From Octopus sinensis (taxonomy: Eukaryota), in contig NC_042997.1 in NCBI RefSeq assembly GCF_006345805.1, positions 120,342,001 to 120,406,000 of the forward strand: a stretch of DNA of 64,000 bases. The letters run 5' to 3'. This document shows, piece after piece, positions 40,308 through 52,115 of this stretch; position 1 is the stretch's first letter, and the number at the start of each line of letters is the position of its first letter. The position numbers were made by a program, and so were the translations under genes. The notes below the pieces were generated by a model. It was not told where the DNA came from, did not search any database, and saw only the letters and a program-made list of their open reading frames with translations.

Positions 40308-40635
40308 ATACGGCAAATAACAAAAGGGGAGAATACAAAACGACATATATCATCCGGTAGACATTCCAGTGTGTCTATTAATTCCAAAGCATTAGAAAGA
40401 ATTAGAAGAAAACATACTTATGTAGTAAATATGTGCTACACACATGTATATTAATATTAGAGAAAAGAACAAAAAGTCAGTTTCTTTTTGCCCTTTTCTG
40501 TAATATTAATACGTGTGTTTAACACATAGTTACTACATATGTATGTTGTCTTCTACTAGTTTCTAAATAGACACACTGGAATGTCTACCGAATGATGTAT
40601 CTCGTTTTGTATCCTCTCCATTTTCTTATTTGTCG

Positions 40636-40638
<3 letters not shown>
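40308..40638. repeat. Long imperfect palindrome (fold-back), arms about 169 and 155 nt, 7-nt loop
   Basis: 40308-40476 vs 40484-40638; perfect 25-bp core cggtagacattccagtgtgtctatt (40355-40379 / 40566-40590); abuts (TA)n. Confidence 0.85.
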
Positions 40639-40683
<45 letters not shown>

Positions 40684-41182
40684 GCCAAAATCACCGAGGG
40701 GAGTAGGACGGAGTAGGAGATAGCGTAGCATAAGTGGAGGCAGCGGAGAGAAAATAGTAGTTCATTGAAAGAGAAATAGTAAAAGTAATAGCCCTGACTG
40801 AGAGAGTGTGAAAGAAAGTAATAGCAATGGAGAAAAAAAGGGGCATTTCAACTATGTGTGAGAGTATGTTTGTGTATGTAAAAAGGAGGTGTGTGTTTTC
40901 AATGGAAATGGGATGATGAACGTTCAAAGCGGAAAAACATTTCAACTCTGAGTATATATGTGTATGTTTGTGCATGTACAAGTTAAGTATGTGAATGTTT
41001 GCATCTGTGATATTTATGTACCTTATTTTGTACTTTACTTATACATAAAATACTACAATTAGCCGTCATTTTGATGGCACGGGGTCAGCTAGTTTGATGA
41101 GATACATCGATATGTTGAAGCAGTAATGCAGCTGCTGGATATAATATCATTAATACAAAGACGATTGTTTCTTTATACAAAA

Positions 41183-41970
41183 CTAGCAGTATCGCCCGGC
41201 GTTGCTCGGATTTGTAAGGGAAATAACTATATAAGCATTTTTAGAGATGTAAAGTATAATAGCCATCTCAATATGGCTAACCACAAAGGCGGGGTGTTAC
41301 TGTAGGTTTTTACGTTCTGAGATATAATAATACATTTTTAAAGAGTTACTTCCCTTATATAATAGCAAAATAATGCATTAAAAATGGGACAAAATGATGG
41401 TAATTTTTTTTTTAAATCGTAGACTCATCGTAGACGCGCGCTAATACCCAGAAGGGCTCGTTATGAATCACAACTATAAGATATCTGCTTTTGGTTAAAC
41501 TGCACCGCAAAATGCGGGAGTAGTTAGGAATCTAAATCGTAGGAGACAGATACACAACTTCACTTTTATATATAACTAGCAGTATCGCCCGGCGTTGCTC
41601 GGGTTTGTAAGGGAAATAACTATAAAGCATTTTTAGAGAGTAATAGCCAAAAAAACAGCAAAAATGCATTAAAAATGGAAAAAGAATTATGGTAAATTTT
41701 TTTTTAAATCGTTGACTAATCGTAGACATTTTTAGAGAGTTACTTCCCTTTATTTAAAAAATATGCTTTAAAATGGAAAAACATTATGGTAAATTATTTT
41801 TAAATCGTAGACTCATCGTAGTCGCGCGGTAATACGCAGAAGGGCTCGATATGAATCACGACTATAAGATACCCGGTTTTGGTTAAACTGCACCGCAAAA
41901 TGTGGGAGTAGTTAGGAATCTAAATCGTAGGAGACAGACACTCACACAACTTCACTTTTATATATATAGA
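41183..41970 (-). mobile_element. Non-autonomous Helitron, head-to-tail dimer
   Basis: The minus strand starts A|TCTATATATATAAAAG (41970). Each unit ends with a GC hairpin (ccgagcaacgccggg) then CTAG|T (41576 and 41183). No TSD, as expected for Helitrons. Confidence 0.85.
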
Positions 41971-42209
41971 TATAAAGATGAATTGAATGTTTTAGTGAAT
42001 TGTGATCCCGACTGCATTTCAAATTAGATACCATGTATGTCGGTGTGTGTATGTGTGTGTATATATAAAAATAAAGAATTGGGAGTTCTACTACGATTTA
42101 TGTGCGTGCTTTTACGTGCCAATTGCCTATATGAGATGTTTCAAAACTGATAGCGTAGTATTTGGTGTTCTAACCGAGGGTCGTTTATCCCTTTTGTGAC
42201 ATGCACACA

Positions 42210-42252
<43 letters not shown>

Positions 42253-42398
42253 TACAAACACTCATATATGCGTATGTGTGTGTATGCATATATATATGTG
42301 CGTGTGTGTGTATATGTGTATATATATATTATACATATATATGTACATATATATATATATGTGCGTGCATGCGCCTCTCCCTCTCTCCTCTCTCTCTC

Positions 42399-42450
<52 letters not shown>

Positions 42451-43144
42451 GTATATACATATGTATATATGTGTATGTGTGTATTTGTATTAATCCAAAA
42501 GCGTGAAACATACCCGCAACATATTCTCGACTACATTGCCACGAATAATGCGCATGAGCAAAGAACTTCACACTTGGAGCGTTTCTCAGACCTTCCCAAT
42601 CGTTTTATTTGTTTTTTTACATTCTTTACTTATCACTCCGCGAATATATACCTGCCATCCTGCCTTGTTAATGAATTTGTGAACTACTTTATATACCAAC
42701 ACCATTCTACCACACACAAGAGAGAAATATTCATATGATAACACGGTAACATACTATATAACCTGATGAGATTTCTGCTGCACTGTGAGATACATTCGAC
42801 TCTATTATACTGTTTCTAACCCACGATGGAGCAGTGCATGTGTAAGCCGAATCGATCGTCGTGCTAAATAAAGCTTACAGTACACTGTCTTCCCTATGAA
42901 TAATTTAAAATACACTAAACGTGCATCGGGGAAATCCTTACGTAGATCCAGCGATTAAAGTGCAGTACCGCAGATGATGACTTGTGTGTGTGTGTGTGAG
43001 AGTAAGTGGTGAACCTGCTCTCAAGGGACACTACTACGGGCATACCCAGAACAAGGTTTGGATACTACATTTTAAAGTCTCCCATCTGAACTTTAATTTT
43101 AAACATAAACTATATGAATATGTATAAATATATATATATATATA

Positions 43145-43729
43145 TATATTGATAAAACGGTAAGATAACAAAAGAAAGAAAGAGACCTCAATATTATGTA
43201 AATAGAGGAAATTTATCTATACAATATGTTACATTACTCGGTAGTCAAGATAAAACTCTGAGTTTCAGATGCCGAAGTGGAAATCCACAACACCATCTCT
43301 TCGGTTATCTGGCTATTTGAAAACGTTATGAAAAAATACCGTTAAAAATGAAGGGAAATTACTCTGTTATAACTCTGCTTTGCCTGCGTACTTATACATC
43401 GCTCGCATTTTTCGTCATAAAAATTATATAAAAATACATAAAAATATATAAAAATATATAAAATCTTCTTGGGACATAACACAGAAAGCATGTTCTATCC
43501 GTTTTCTTTAGGGGACCAAAAACGTAACAGAAATTTAGTCACATGTGGGCATGATCCGAAAAGCTCTGTCCTTGTATTTAGACATGTGGTAGGGTCTAAG
43601 CTGCTTTTCCAGATAAGCCATCTCTCCCTGTCGCATAAACCGCACCTTCCGCTGCCGTTAGTATAGGGCTTACATCTGGCCAAAATCTTCCATTGTATGT
43701 TATAATCGACACCTTTATCTCTTAAAGAC

Positions 43730-43733
<4 letters not shown>
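43145..43733 (-). mobile_element. 5'-truncated Penelope-like element inserted in (TA)n
   Basis: ORF end WSLRDKGVDYNIQWKILARCKPYTNGSGRCGLCDRERWLIWKSSLDPTTCLNTRTELFGSCPH (43495-43733), typical of a PLE GIY-YIG C-terminus; 3' UTR with a hammerhead; (TA)n on both sides. Confidence 0.85.
43242..43315 (-). ncRNA. Type I hammerhead ribozyme with core substitution (CCGAAGA)
   Basis: AGAUAA-CCGAAGA-GAUG..UGGA/UCCA..CAUC-U-GAAA-CUC-A-GAG-UU-UUAUCU. Stem I is 6 bp plus extension; stem III is near-palindromic. Confidence 0.6.
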
Positions 43734-43781
<48 letters not shown>

Positions 43782-43785
43782 ATAT

Positions 43786-44480
43786 GGTCAGCTCTAGTTA
43801 GTATCCGAGCATTGGGTTTGTCCAGTTTCTGTCCAGTGTCCTCGGCTGATGTTTGTACCGAAAGTAGCTTTGGACTCCAAGTGAAAGAGTTGTGGGAAGA
43901 ACTCGCACGGGATCCTCAGTGCAGCTGAAGGATGTTGAAGATGCTTTCTTCTGCGTTTTGCCTGCTCATCCTCTTGTCTGTTCTGCTCGAAGGAACTGGC
44001 TCCATTGCGGATACCAGTCCTCTAGGCTGTCCTATGCATGGCAATCTGTTCCAATGAGGATGGTTGGATGTTTGCTTGAGCCAAGATCCGTTTGAGTTGG
44101 TTTTAAAACAGAATTCCGGACCTCTTCTGGGTCTTGTTCGGATTGCATGTTCTACGGAGAGTATGATCCTTGAGAGACAAGAGAGCTCTATACGCTGATC
44201 TGACCAGCGGAGTCGATGGCGTAGAATGGTGGTTTCGACACTTCGTAGTCAGGCGCAGAGAAGAACGTCGTTGTTGGTAACGTAATCTTCCTATTGTATA
44301 TTGAGAATCTGTCGTAGCTTCGATTGTCGGAATCATTCAATGCGCTTGAAGTCACAGTGGTACAACGTCCAAGTCTCACAAGCGTAGAGTTCACAGTACA
44401 AGGGCACGGAAGACCATGATCTATGTCCGGATATTCTGCAATAGTACATAAACCCTTAGAGACGACTGTTTTCGGCGTTG
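43786..44480 (-). mobile_element. RTE-clade LINE 3' fragment
   Basis: LYACETWTLYHCDFKRIE..LRQILNIQ..YVTNNDVLL...RHRLRWS...KDQLKRILAQANIQPSSLEQIA. Confidence 0.85.
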
Positions 44481-46670
44481 ACATATCTCACGGATTAAAA
44501 ATGTGAGGTAACTAAGTCCAACTAAATGGTATATATAATTTCGTTTTTGCATGCTGTTAATGTATTTTCTATAGCATTTCAAAAATTGTAAGTATACTTT
44601 GCAAATTTATGAAGTGGAAATTGTATTCAATAAGATAGTTCTGCTTGCTTAAATGTGACCATACGCTCTCAATGTAAATAACTCTTAGATATTTTGCGAA
44701 CGTTTAAATGTGTCATTGTCTTTAATTTAAATCTAATTCATGATTTCATTAGTCACTGAATCGTTTTGATATCTTGCAAGTTGACACGTGATAATAATCC
44801 CCTTACCGCTATATGTTGTATATTTGAGATTCAGTCTTACCGTTTGCTAAACTGAAGGTGACATACAGCCATATTCTGATTACATATTGGGACGTTCTAA
44901 ACTCTAACGAATAAATAGTATAATTAGATAAACTAAAATTGTGATACTCATGTTGAAGCCAGATATTTAAAGATCATAACAAATGCTTGAGATTGTCGAC
45001 AAATATTTCTTAAGTAGGACACTTACTAGTTGTCCATCGATATTTAAAGTGACTGCTATTTATTTGATCATCGCTGACACACACAGACACAGACACACAC
45101 ACACGCACACACACACGTCTATTTATATATGTATATGTACCGCCCGATTTTGATGACAACAGTTGTTATATATGCATATGCACATACACAAACTTTATAT
45201 CACACATGTATTACATACTAGTATATTAAATGGAAAGCAATTGGTCGGGTGAACCTCTTTTACTCAGTAAGTTACAAGGGTCAGTAGTTTACAAAACTAA
45301 TATGCTATGAAAGGAAAATCAAATATCTTTTCTATGTGGAAAGATATTAAATGACAAGCAATTGACAATGCATGATTTTCCTGAAGTACCTGATATAAGA
45401 ATCAGATTAAAGCATGCGTACACAACATAGAATAAAGGAGAATCAAGACAATATCCTATTTGTTAAATAAGAAGAGATAAAAGTATTAAATGAAACACAC
45501 TTTAAATACTTGAAAATGAATGTAGTAGACAAAGTACAGCTCACACACATCAAAGAAGACATTATGAAGTGTCATCATAAAACCTTAAAGTTAATACTTT
45601 GAAAAATATCTAAATGCAAGCTATAAGTGATATGCACGGATATTGTTGCAATTCATATATATGATATGCTATAGATAAATATTTCTCTACTAGAAGCTGA
45701 ATATGTTGGCAACGACTAGAAAAAGAAAATGAAAATAACCACTTTATTTCAATTGCACAGTGACAATTTCACCGATTGATCATAATACATACATTACTCA
45801 ATGTGTAATGTAAGTTGAAGAACATAAAATCCAATCTCCTGGACTTAAATATACGCGTTACACACATAAAGGGAAAATATTGTCATTTCATACTTGAAAA
45901 CCACATATTTATTAAAGAATACGAGGACAACAGGAAATACTGTGATGATTAATGCAGTGAAACATTAAAATAAAATGAGACCACAGAACAAAGTTTTGGT
46001 GGGGAGTGAATTATCGATTAAATCACTCCTACCGATAACTTCTGACACCTCGGATGAAAAACTTCGCAAGTTTAATCAAAGCTGGACAGAAATGAATTTC
46101 AAAAAGAATTATATAATTACGATCTAAGCATCTATAACCTACCGAACTATTAATCTGTACTGAACAACCTTGAAATAATAATATAGACAGCAAGGGAATT
46201 CAATAAATATAGTGATATGAAATGTGTCACGACAACCTTGATATGAGGAATATTAAAAGAAACAATACTATTTCAGATTACAAAACAGATAGACTGACAT
46301 CGAATACCAATTTACAAAACTCCCGAAATTAATGTGTTAAACAGATAACAGCATAGACAAAAGAATGTAACGATTACGAGAAAACATAGCAGTATTACAG
46401 AAATACTTAAAGAGTTCCGCAATTAGAACATATCTTAGATTAATGCTTCAATGACAATTCAGTGAGAACAAAGAACTAATTGATCTAGTAATAACTTGCA
46501 TTCATAATCTTCTTACCTGGATGATAATTAAACTAAAAAGACAAAAGAGAAGGATAAAAAAATGAAAATAATGATTGTATTTATAATATACCGCGACAGA
46601 AAAATTATTAGGAACAGAAGACTGAAGATGGATTCTGTAGTTTTCTGCATATATATATATATATAAATAT

Positions 46671-46671
<1 letters not shown>

Positions 46672-46736
<65 letters not shown>

Positions 46737-46744
46737 TGATAGAC

Positions 46745-46789
<45 letters not shown>

Positions 46790-46815
46790 TAGATAGATAG
46801 ATAGATAGATAGATA
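46672..46815. repeat. (TAGA)n microsatellite
   Basis: Direct reading of the sequence. Confidence 0.97.
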
Positions 46816-47354
46816 TACTAATAACTACAAACGGAAACTAATACAAATATACCAGGAACAGAATGTTATCTGTCTTGAACGAAAAGTACAAACAGACATT
46901 TGTAAGTACTGAAAATAGATAATATTAAACCACGAAACACGAAGTTGGCAATGAGTCTATATCATGCAAAATTGGCAAAGGGACTATATAATATCATACA
47001 AAGACGATGTGAAGAAAATCCTGTTTTTGACAAATATTTGAAGAAACTGAATGAAGCAAAATATGTTGATTCTATGAAGGGGAAAAAATCAATCACATAG
47101 TTTCTGATTGCCAAGATTTAGTCAAAATATAATATAATATAATAAATATTTATTATATATAGAAAGAGAGGCAAAATAGAGTTTCTATAGTGGAAAATAT
47201 GCCAACATTATGAAATCACCGTTTACAACAATACACCACTGAAATACCTCAGAGAATAAATAAAAGAACAGTGCTGAACCCAGCTGTACTGTAAATACCA
47301 ACGATAGATTTAAGACCATTGGGTGATGATGATGACGATGATGCTTCTACTATT

Positions 47355-47431
<77 letters not shown>

Positions 47432-48004
47432 AACTACTGCTACTACTACTACTACTATCGATGTTCATTCCCGTGGATTTCGACGTATAAGTGTTTGAAT
47501 TAAATAATTAGAAAACAGATTAAAAATAAAAGAAGCTTCATCAATTTGCGATGGATGCGTCAAAGTAATTTGACTCCAGGAATGAACTTTCTTATGAAGT
47601 CACAATGAGGATGCTGATGAACTTGATTTTACCTGGGATTAGACAAAAGTTTCTATTGATTGCAGTATATAATTGTGTTTTTTTCTTCGACTCAAAGTGT
47701 TTTGTGTAGCGTGTTTCTCATACTAGAGATATCCATATTAAATCCATGATAAATCAAGAATTCACTACCGATCCTAAAGTAATCAATGAGACCCCTCAAA
47801 TGCTTATAATCGAGGTACTTGTGGGAAATCGTTCCTTGGATGTGGTAAATACTGGTTAAAAGCATTCTAGAGCTAAAGCTCCTGGATAGAAAAGCGTACA
47901 AGAATTTGGGCAGACAACTTGTAAAAAATCTGTGCAAATTAATCTGTTTGAACTCGGAAACTGGATCTGTTTCCTATCTGTTAAAGGGTGTATGTATAAC
48001 GCAC

Positions 48005-49080
48005 AAAAACAAAGACAAGAAAAGTCTATGTAATAAACACCGAGGAATAGGATTGTTATGCATAGCTTGAAAAATTGATTCTTGCCAGAGTGATTCTTAA
48101 CCGTATCAATAAGCATATAGTAAACAGCATATATACTGAACACCAATGTGGATTTCAAGGTGGTTGAGACAAACTTGACATGATAATTGTCCTTCGGGAA
48201 TTTCAAAACAATGCACGAGTGCTGAACACTGAGTTGTACATGGTCTTTGTCGACTTGACCAAGGCCTTTCGTAATATGAATCGTGAGGCTCTCTGGAAAA
48301 TGTTGTCAAATGATGATTTTTCCTGATAAAACGGTAAGAGTAGTAGTATCTTTGGCCGAATAAATGATGGCATCAGTGGAATCTAACGGTCAAAGTTCAA
48401 AGGTATTTTATGTTGCCACTGGAACTAAACAAGGCTGTGTTTTAGCTCTTGTCGTTCTTGCCATATTCTTTTCCATGATGCACTAATATGCGTTTAGGTA
48501 TTACTATGAGGGTTTAAAATTTTACTTTCACAAAGAAGGAAGTCTACTAAGCCTAAATGGGAAAAGCTTCAGGTTAAATAAAAAGACCAAGGAAGAAATT
48601 TTACTCGATTTACTCTTTGCCGGTTATTGCGCTTTGATTTCTCATATATTTGAGGAAATGTATGACATAGTTGACAGGTTTGCTCTGCAGCAGCTGAAAC
48701 ATTTGGACTATCAGCACAAAGACGACTGAAGTTTTATGACAACCAAAGCCTGGGACAAAACATACTCAAGTTTCAAATGCGATGATTGACAATAATCTAC
48801 TCGAATTGGTTAGGTGATTTAAATATGTTGGTTGCACAGTAAACTTAATGACAAAATCAGTGTTAGAATATTTAAGGCTACAAGCGCTTTTGGAAAACAT
48901 TCCTATCATTTATGGGATGAAGGCATCGTCTTGAAAATTAAAACAAGTGTATATAAATCTTTTTATTTTGAGCACACCCTTTTACAGGACAGAGCAGAGG
49001 CTACCCTCTACATATAAAGAAGCTTGAAAGTTTTCATGTATCGTCTGCGCAATATTTGCAACATAAAGTAACAAGATACT
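48005..49080 (+). mobile_element. RTE-clade LINE reverse transcriptase fragment, decayed
   Basis: HRGIGLL, EHQCGFQGG, LYMVFVDLTKAFRNMNREALWK, TGTKQGCVLA, DLLFA(D/G) region, KATSAFGK; many frameshifts. Confidence 0.85.
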
Positions 49081-49082
49081 GA

Positions 49083-49265
49083 ATGACTACTACTACTACT
49101 ACTGCTACTACTGCTGGTGGTGCTGCTGCTGGTGCTGTTGCGCTGCTGCCACTGCTGCGATGCTGCTGCTCCGCTGCTACTGCTACTGCTGCCACTGCTG
49201 CGATGCTGCTGCTCCGCTGCCACTGCTGCTGCTGCTGATGATGATGATGATTTTGATGATGATTA
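49083..49265. repeat. Degenerate (CTG/CTA/GAT)n compound repeat with an internal duplication
   Basis: ctgccactgctgcgatgctgctgctccgctgc occurs twice. Confidence 0.85.
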
Positions 49266-50817
49266 TAATGATCCCGATGGTTGAGCCCCATGTACTGATT
49301 ACTTTCCACCATAACAAGTAACATCTTCTAAGTGCCCTCACTATCACCAATATTCTTCCGCCTTGCACTAAGCACCACCCAGGAATATGCTGAACACTAG
49401 CAGCTATGTGTAGAATTCACAAAATGGCGAAATGACATCGCAGACTTGAAGACAAGCCCTGACGGAGGTGACATTCAAGTTTAAATTGTTGACAAACCGT
49501 AAACTATCTACATTATATCTATCAACTAAACTAGTGAAAACTTTACCGAGGTAGGCAAATTTCCCTCGAATCGTATAACTACCAATGAGAATATATTGGT
49601 AAATGTATTCCCTGACATACCCACAAAACAATGCGACGATGAGGGCCGGAGCACATTTATTTATAGTTCTGTTTGTTGTAGACTGACCATGGTTAAGCAA
49701 CATCAGTGCCCATTAGATCAATGATAAAGGGGTTTCTATTTTGTTGTTTGACCTGCTAGAAACAGTAAACCAAATCTTCAAACGAATCCCTACCCCCACA
49801 TTGAAACATTCGCGACATTCGTTCCGTAACATTCGGAGAGCGGGAAGTTCTTAAACAGGCTTCCGAGGTTTTGCAAACCACTTCTTGCTTGGTTCAAGCC
49901 AATGCATCATCACCACCACACTTCTGAAATGCAATGTTAATACCCCACAAGTAATGAATATCGGGAATGTCAGAAGCGTAGAAAGTTTCTAAAGAAACCT
50001 AACCCTCCCGCTACGGTAGAGTTGGGAGTGTTCACTAGTTTGAAAACACTTCTTTTACTGTTTTGTAACCATTACGACCAACATTTTGACGATCGACAAC
50101 AACTCAAAACAATTCATTTCAAATGACACACTGTCAGTCCATCACATGATCTCTTTAGAGAAGACGAGCAAGTCTCGTAGTCATGAAAGACGGGCCTGAG
50201 TGTGTCTTCCAGAAATTGTAATTCGGTAATGACTACGATATCTATGTGAAGGGACTAAAGATGTGAGCTACAAAACTTGGTTTTAATGGACTTTAGGCCA
50301 TGCAGATTTACACAACATAGTTTTGGTGAGATTTTGGGCATCGAAGGAATTAAGCATTTACAAAGTAGAAGCAATTAAGCGACAAAAGAGCATATATTTC
50401 ATGCTACTTTCTCTGAAAAAAAAAACAGCTGTCTTTATCCACGAAATAACGAAATGAAATGCTAAACATATTTGTTCCTCGAAAACACACGCTACTTATA
50501 TTTGGTTAACGCTTGAATTAATTTCCCAGCGGCGACAACATATAAAAACAGCGACAGAAAATATGTGATTACAACAACAAATAAATCTAGTTTACTTTAA
50601 GTGAAACAAATAAATAGCCATAATACTGGAATAAAATTAAAATTTGATGCTGTGAATTTCGCAGTCTTTGTACATACGGTAACGGAAATATAGAACATTT
50701 AGCTAAAAGTAACCGACGCGAATAGAGAGGTATAGAAGATGACCGTACTTAGGAAATCTAGTAAGGAAAAAGAAGAGAAGACAAAATCACATTTTTTCGG
50801 ATGGAATATATGTTTAT

Positions 50818-51048
50818 TTCTTTATTGCTCACAGGGAGCTAAACATTAAGGGGACAAAGAGGGAGAGACAAAGGGATTAAGTCGATTACATCGACGCCAG
50901 TGCGTAACTGGTTCTTATTTAATCGACCACGAAAGAATGACAGGCAAAGTCGTCCTCGGCGCAATTTGAACTAAGAACGTAAGGCTGGACGAAATACCGT
51001 TAAGCATTTCGCACACTGTGCTAACATTTCTGCCAGCTCGCCGCCTTA
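50818..51048 (-). mobile_element. SINE family A copy
   Basis: Full head-to-body alignment with other family A copies. Confidence 0.85.
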
Positions 51049-51090
51049 GATGGCATATATATATATATATATATAGATGGCATATATATA

Positions 51091-51157
<67 letters not shown>

Positions 51158-51218
51158 ATCTAAGGCGGCGAGCTGGCAGAAATGTTAGCACAGTGTGCGA
51201 AATGCTTAACGGTATTTC
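50991..51218. repeat. Perfect 64-bp inverted duplication of a SINE head across a (TA)n spacer
   Basis: 50991-51054 is the exact reverse complement of 51155-51218, including the copy-specific variant gcacactgtg. Confidence 0.92.
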
Positions 51219-51831
51219 ATATATATATATATATAATAATAAATATTAGGGAATAAATCCAAATTTACAGGGAAAAATCAGATTTAGGATTAAATCCAAT
51301 TTTATAGTAAAATATTATATAATATTAATTAGAGACAAAACCACTATTTTGCAAAACAAACAAGGAAAGACTTAATAATAAGGGATAGGGATATATAGGG
51401 ATATATATATATGTATAGGGATATATATATATAGGTGTGTGAGTTAGTGTATGTATTTAGATATGGTTATATATACTTAGTTATATGTGTATGGGTGTAT
51501 ATATAGTTTATTTTTATTTTGTTTTATATTTAATTGTTGATAGGTTTATTTTAGTTTATATATTGATTATATATGGATTATATATAGGTTATATATAGAT
51601 TATATATTTATATTTTTTCATTGATACTTTAATTATTTTAAAATTATTTTTTATACTTATATTTTAAAATATTGATATTTTAGATCGGAAATCCACCTGA
51701 AGATTGTCGATCAAGACATGAAACAATTGTAGTGGCGGTTTTTTTACTTTTTATTAAAATTTTATGTATTGATTAAGTCTTTCCTTGTTTGTTTTGCAAA
51801 ATAGTGGTTTTGTCTCTAATTAATATTATAT
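51219..51831 (+). mobile_element. ORF-less PLE-type element with 60-bp perfect inverted repeats and an internal hammerhead
   Basis: Arms 51317-51376 / 51772-51831; C-depleted strand-asymmetric spacer; (TA)n on both flanks. Confidence 0.8.
51693..51735 (+). ncRNA. Minimal type I hammerhead ribozyme
   Basis: CCAC-CUGAAGA-U-UGUC-gaucaa-GACA-U-GAAA-C-aauu-GUA-GUGG. Full core, 4-bp stem I, 4-bp stem II (U.U at 10.1/11.1), palindromic ACAAUUGU stem III; predicted cleavage after A51731. Confidence 0.75.
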
Positions 51832-51836
51832 ATATA

Positions 51837-51897
<61 letters not shown>

Positions 51898-51901
51898 ATA
51901 C

Positions 51902-51956
<55 letters not shown>

Positions 51957-52076
51957 GTATATATATATGTATATATGTATGTATATATATATGTATGTAT
52001 GTATATATATATATATATGTTTGTATATATATATGTATGTTTATATATGTGTTTATATATATATGTATATATATGT

Positions 52077-52115
<39 letters not shown>

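Noticed and set aside
49008-49368. Poly-Q/S/A ORFs as a coding exon
   Set aside because: A degenerate trinucleotide repeat at the broken end of an RTE fragment; no splice or homology support.
49404-49703. Helitron helicase C-terminus (NHGQ) in the minus-strand ORF
   Set aside because: Similarity is limited to a few residues.
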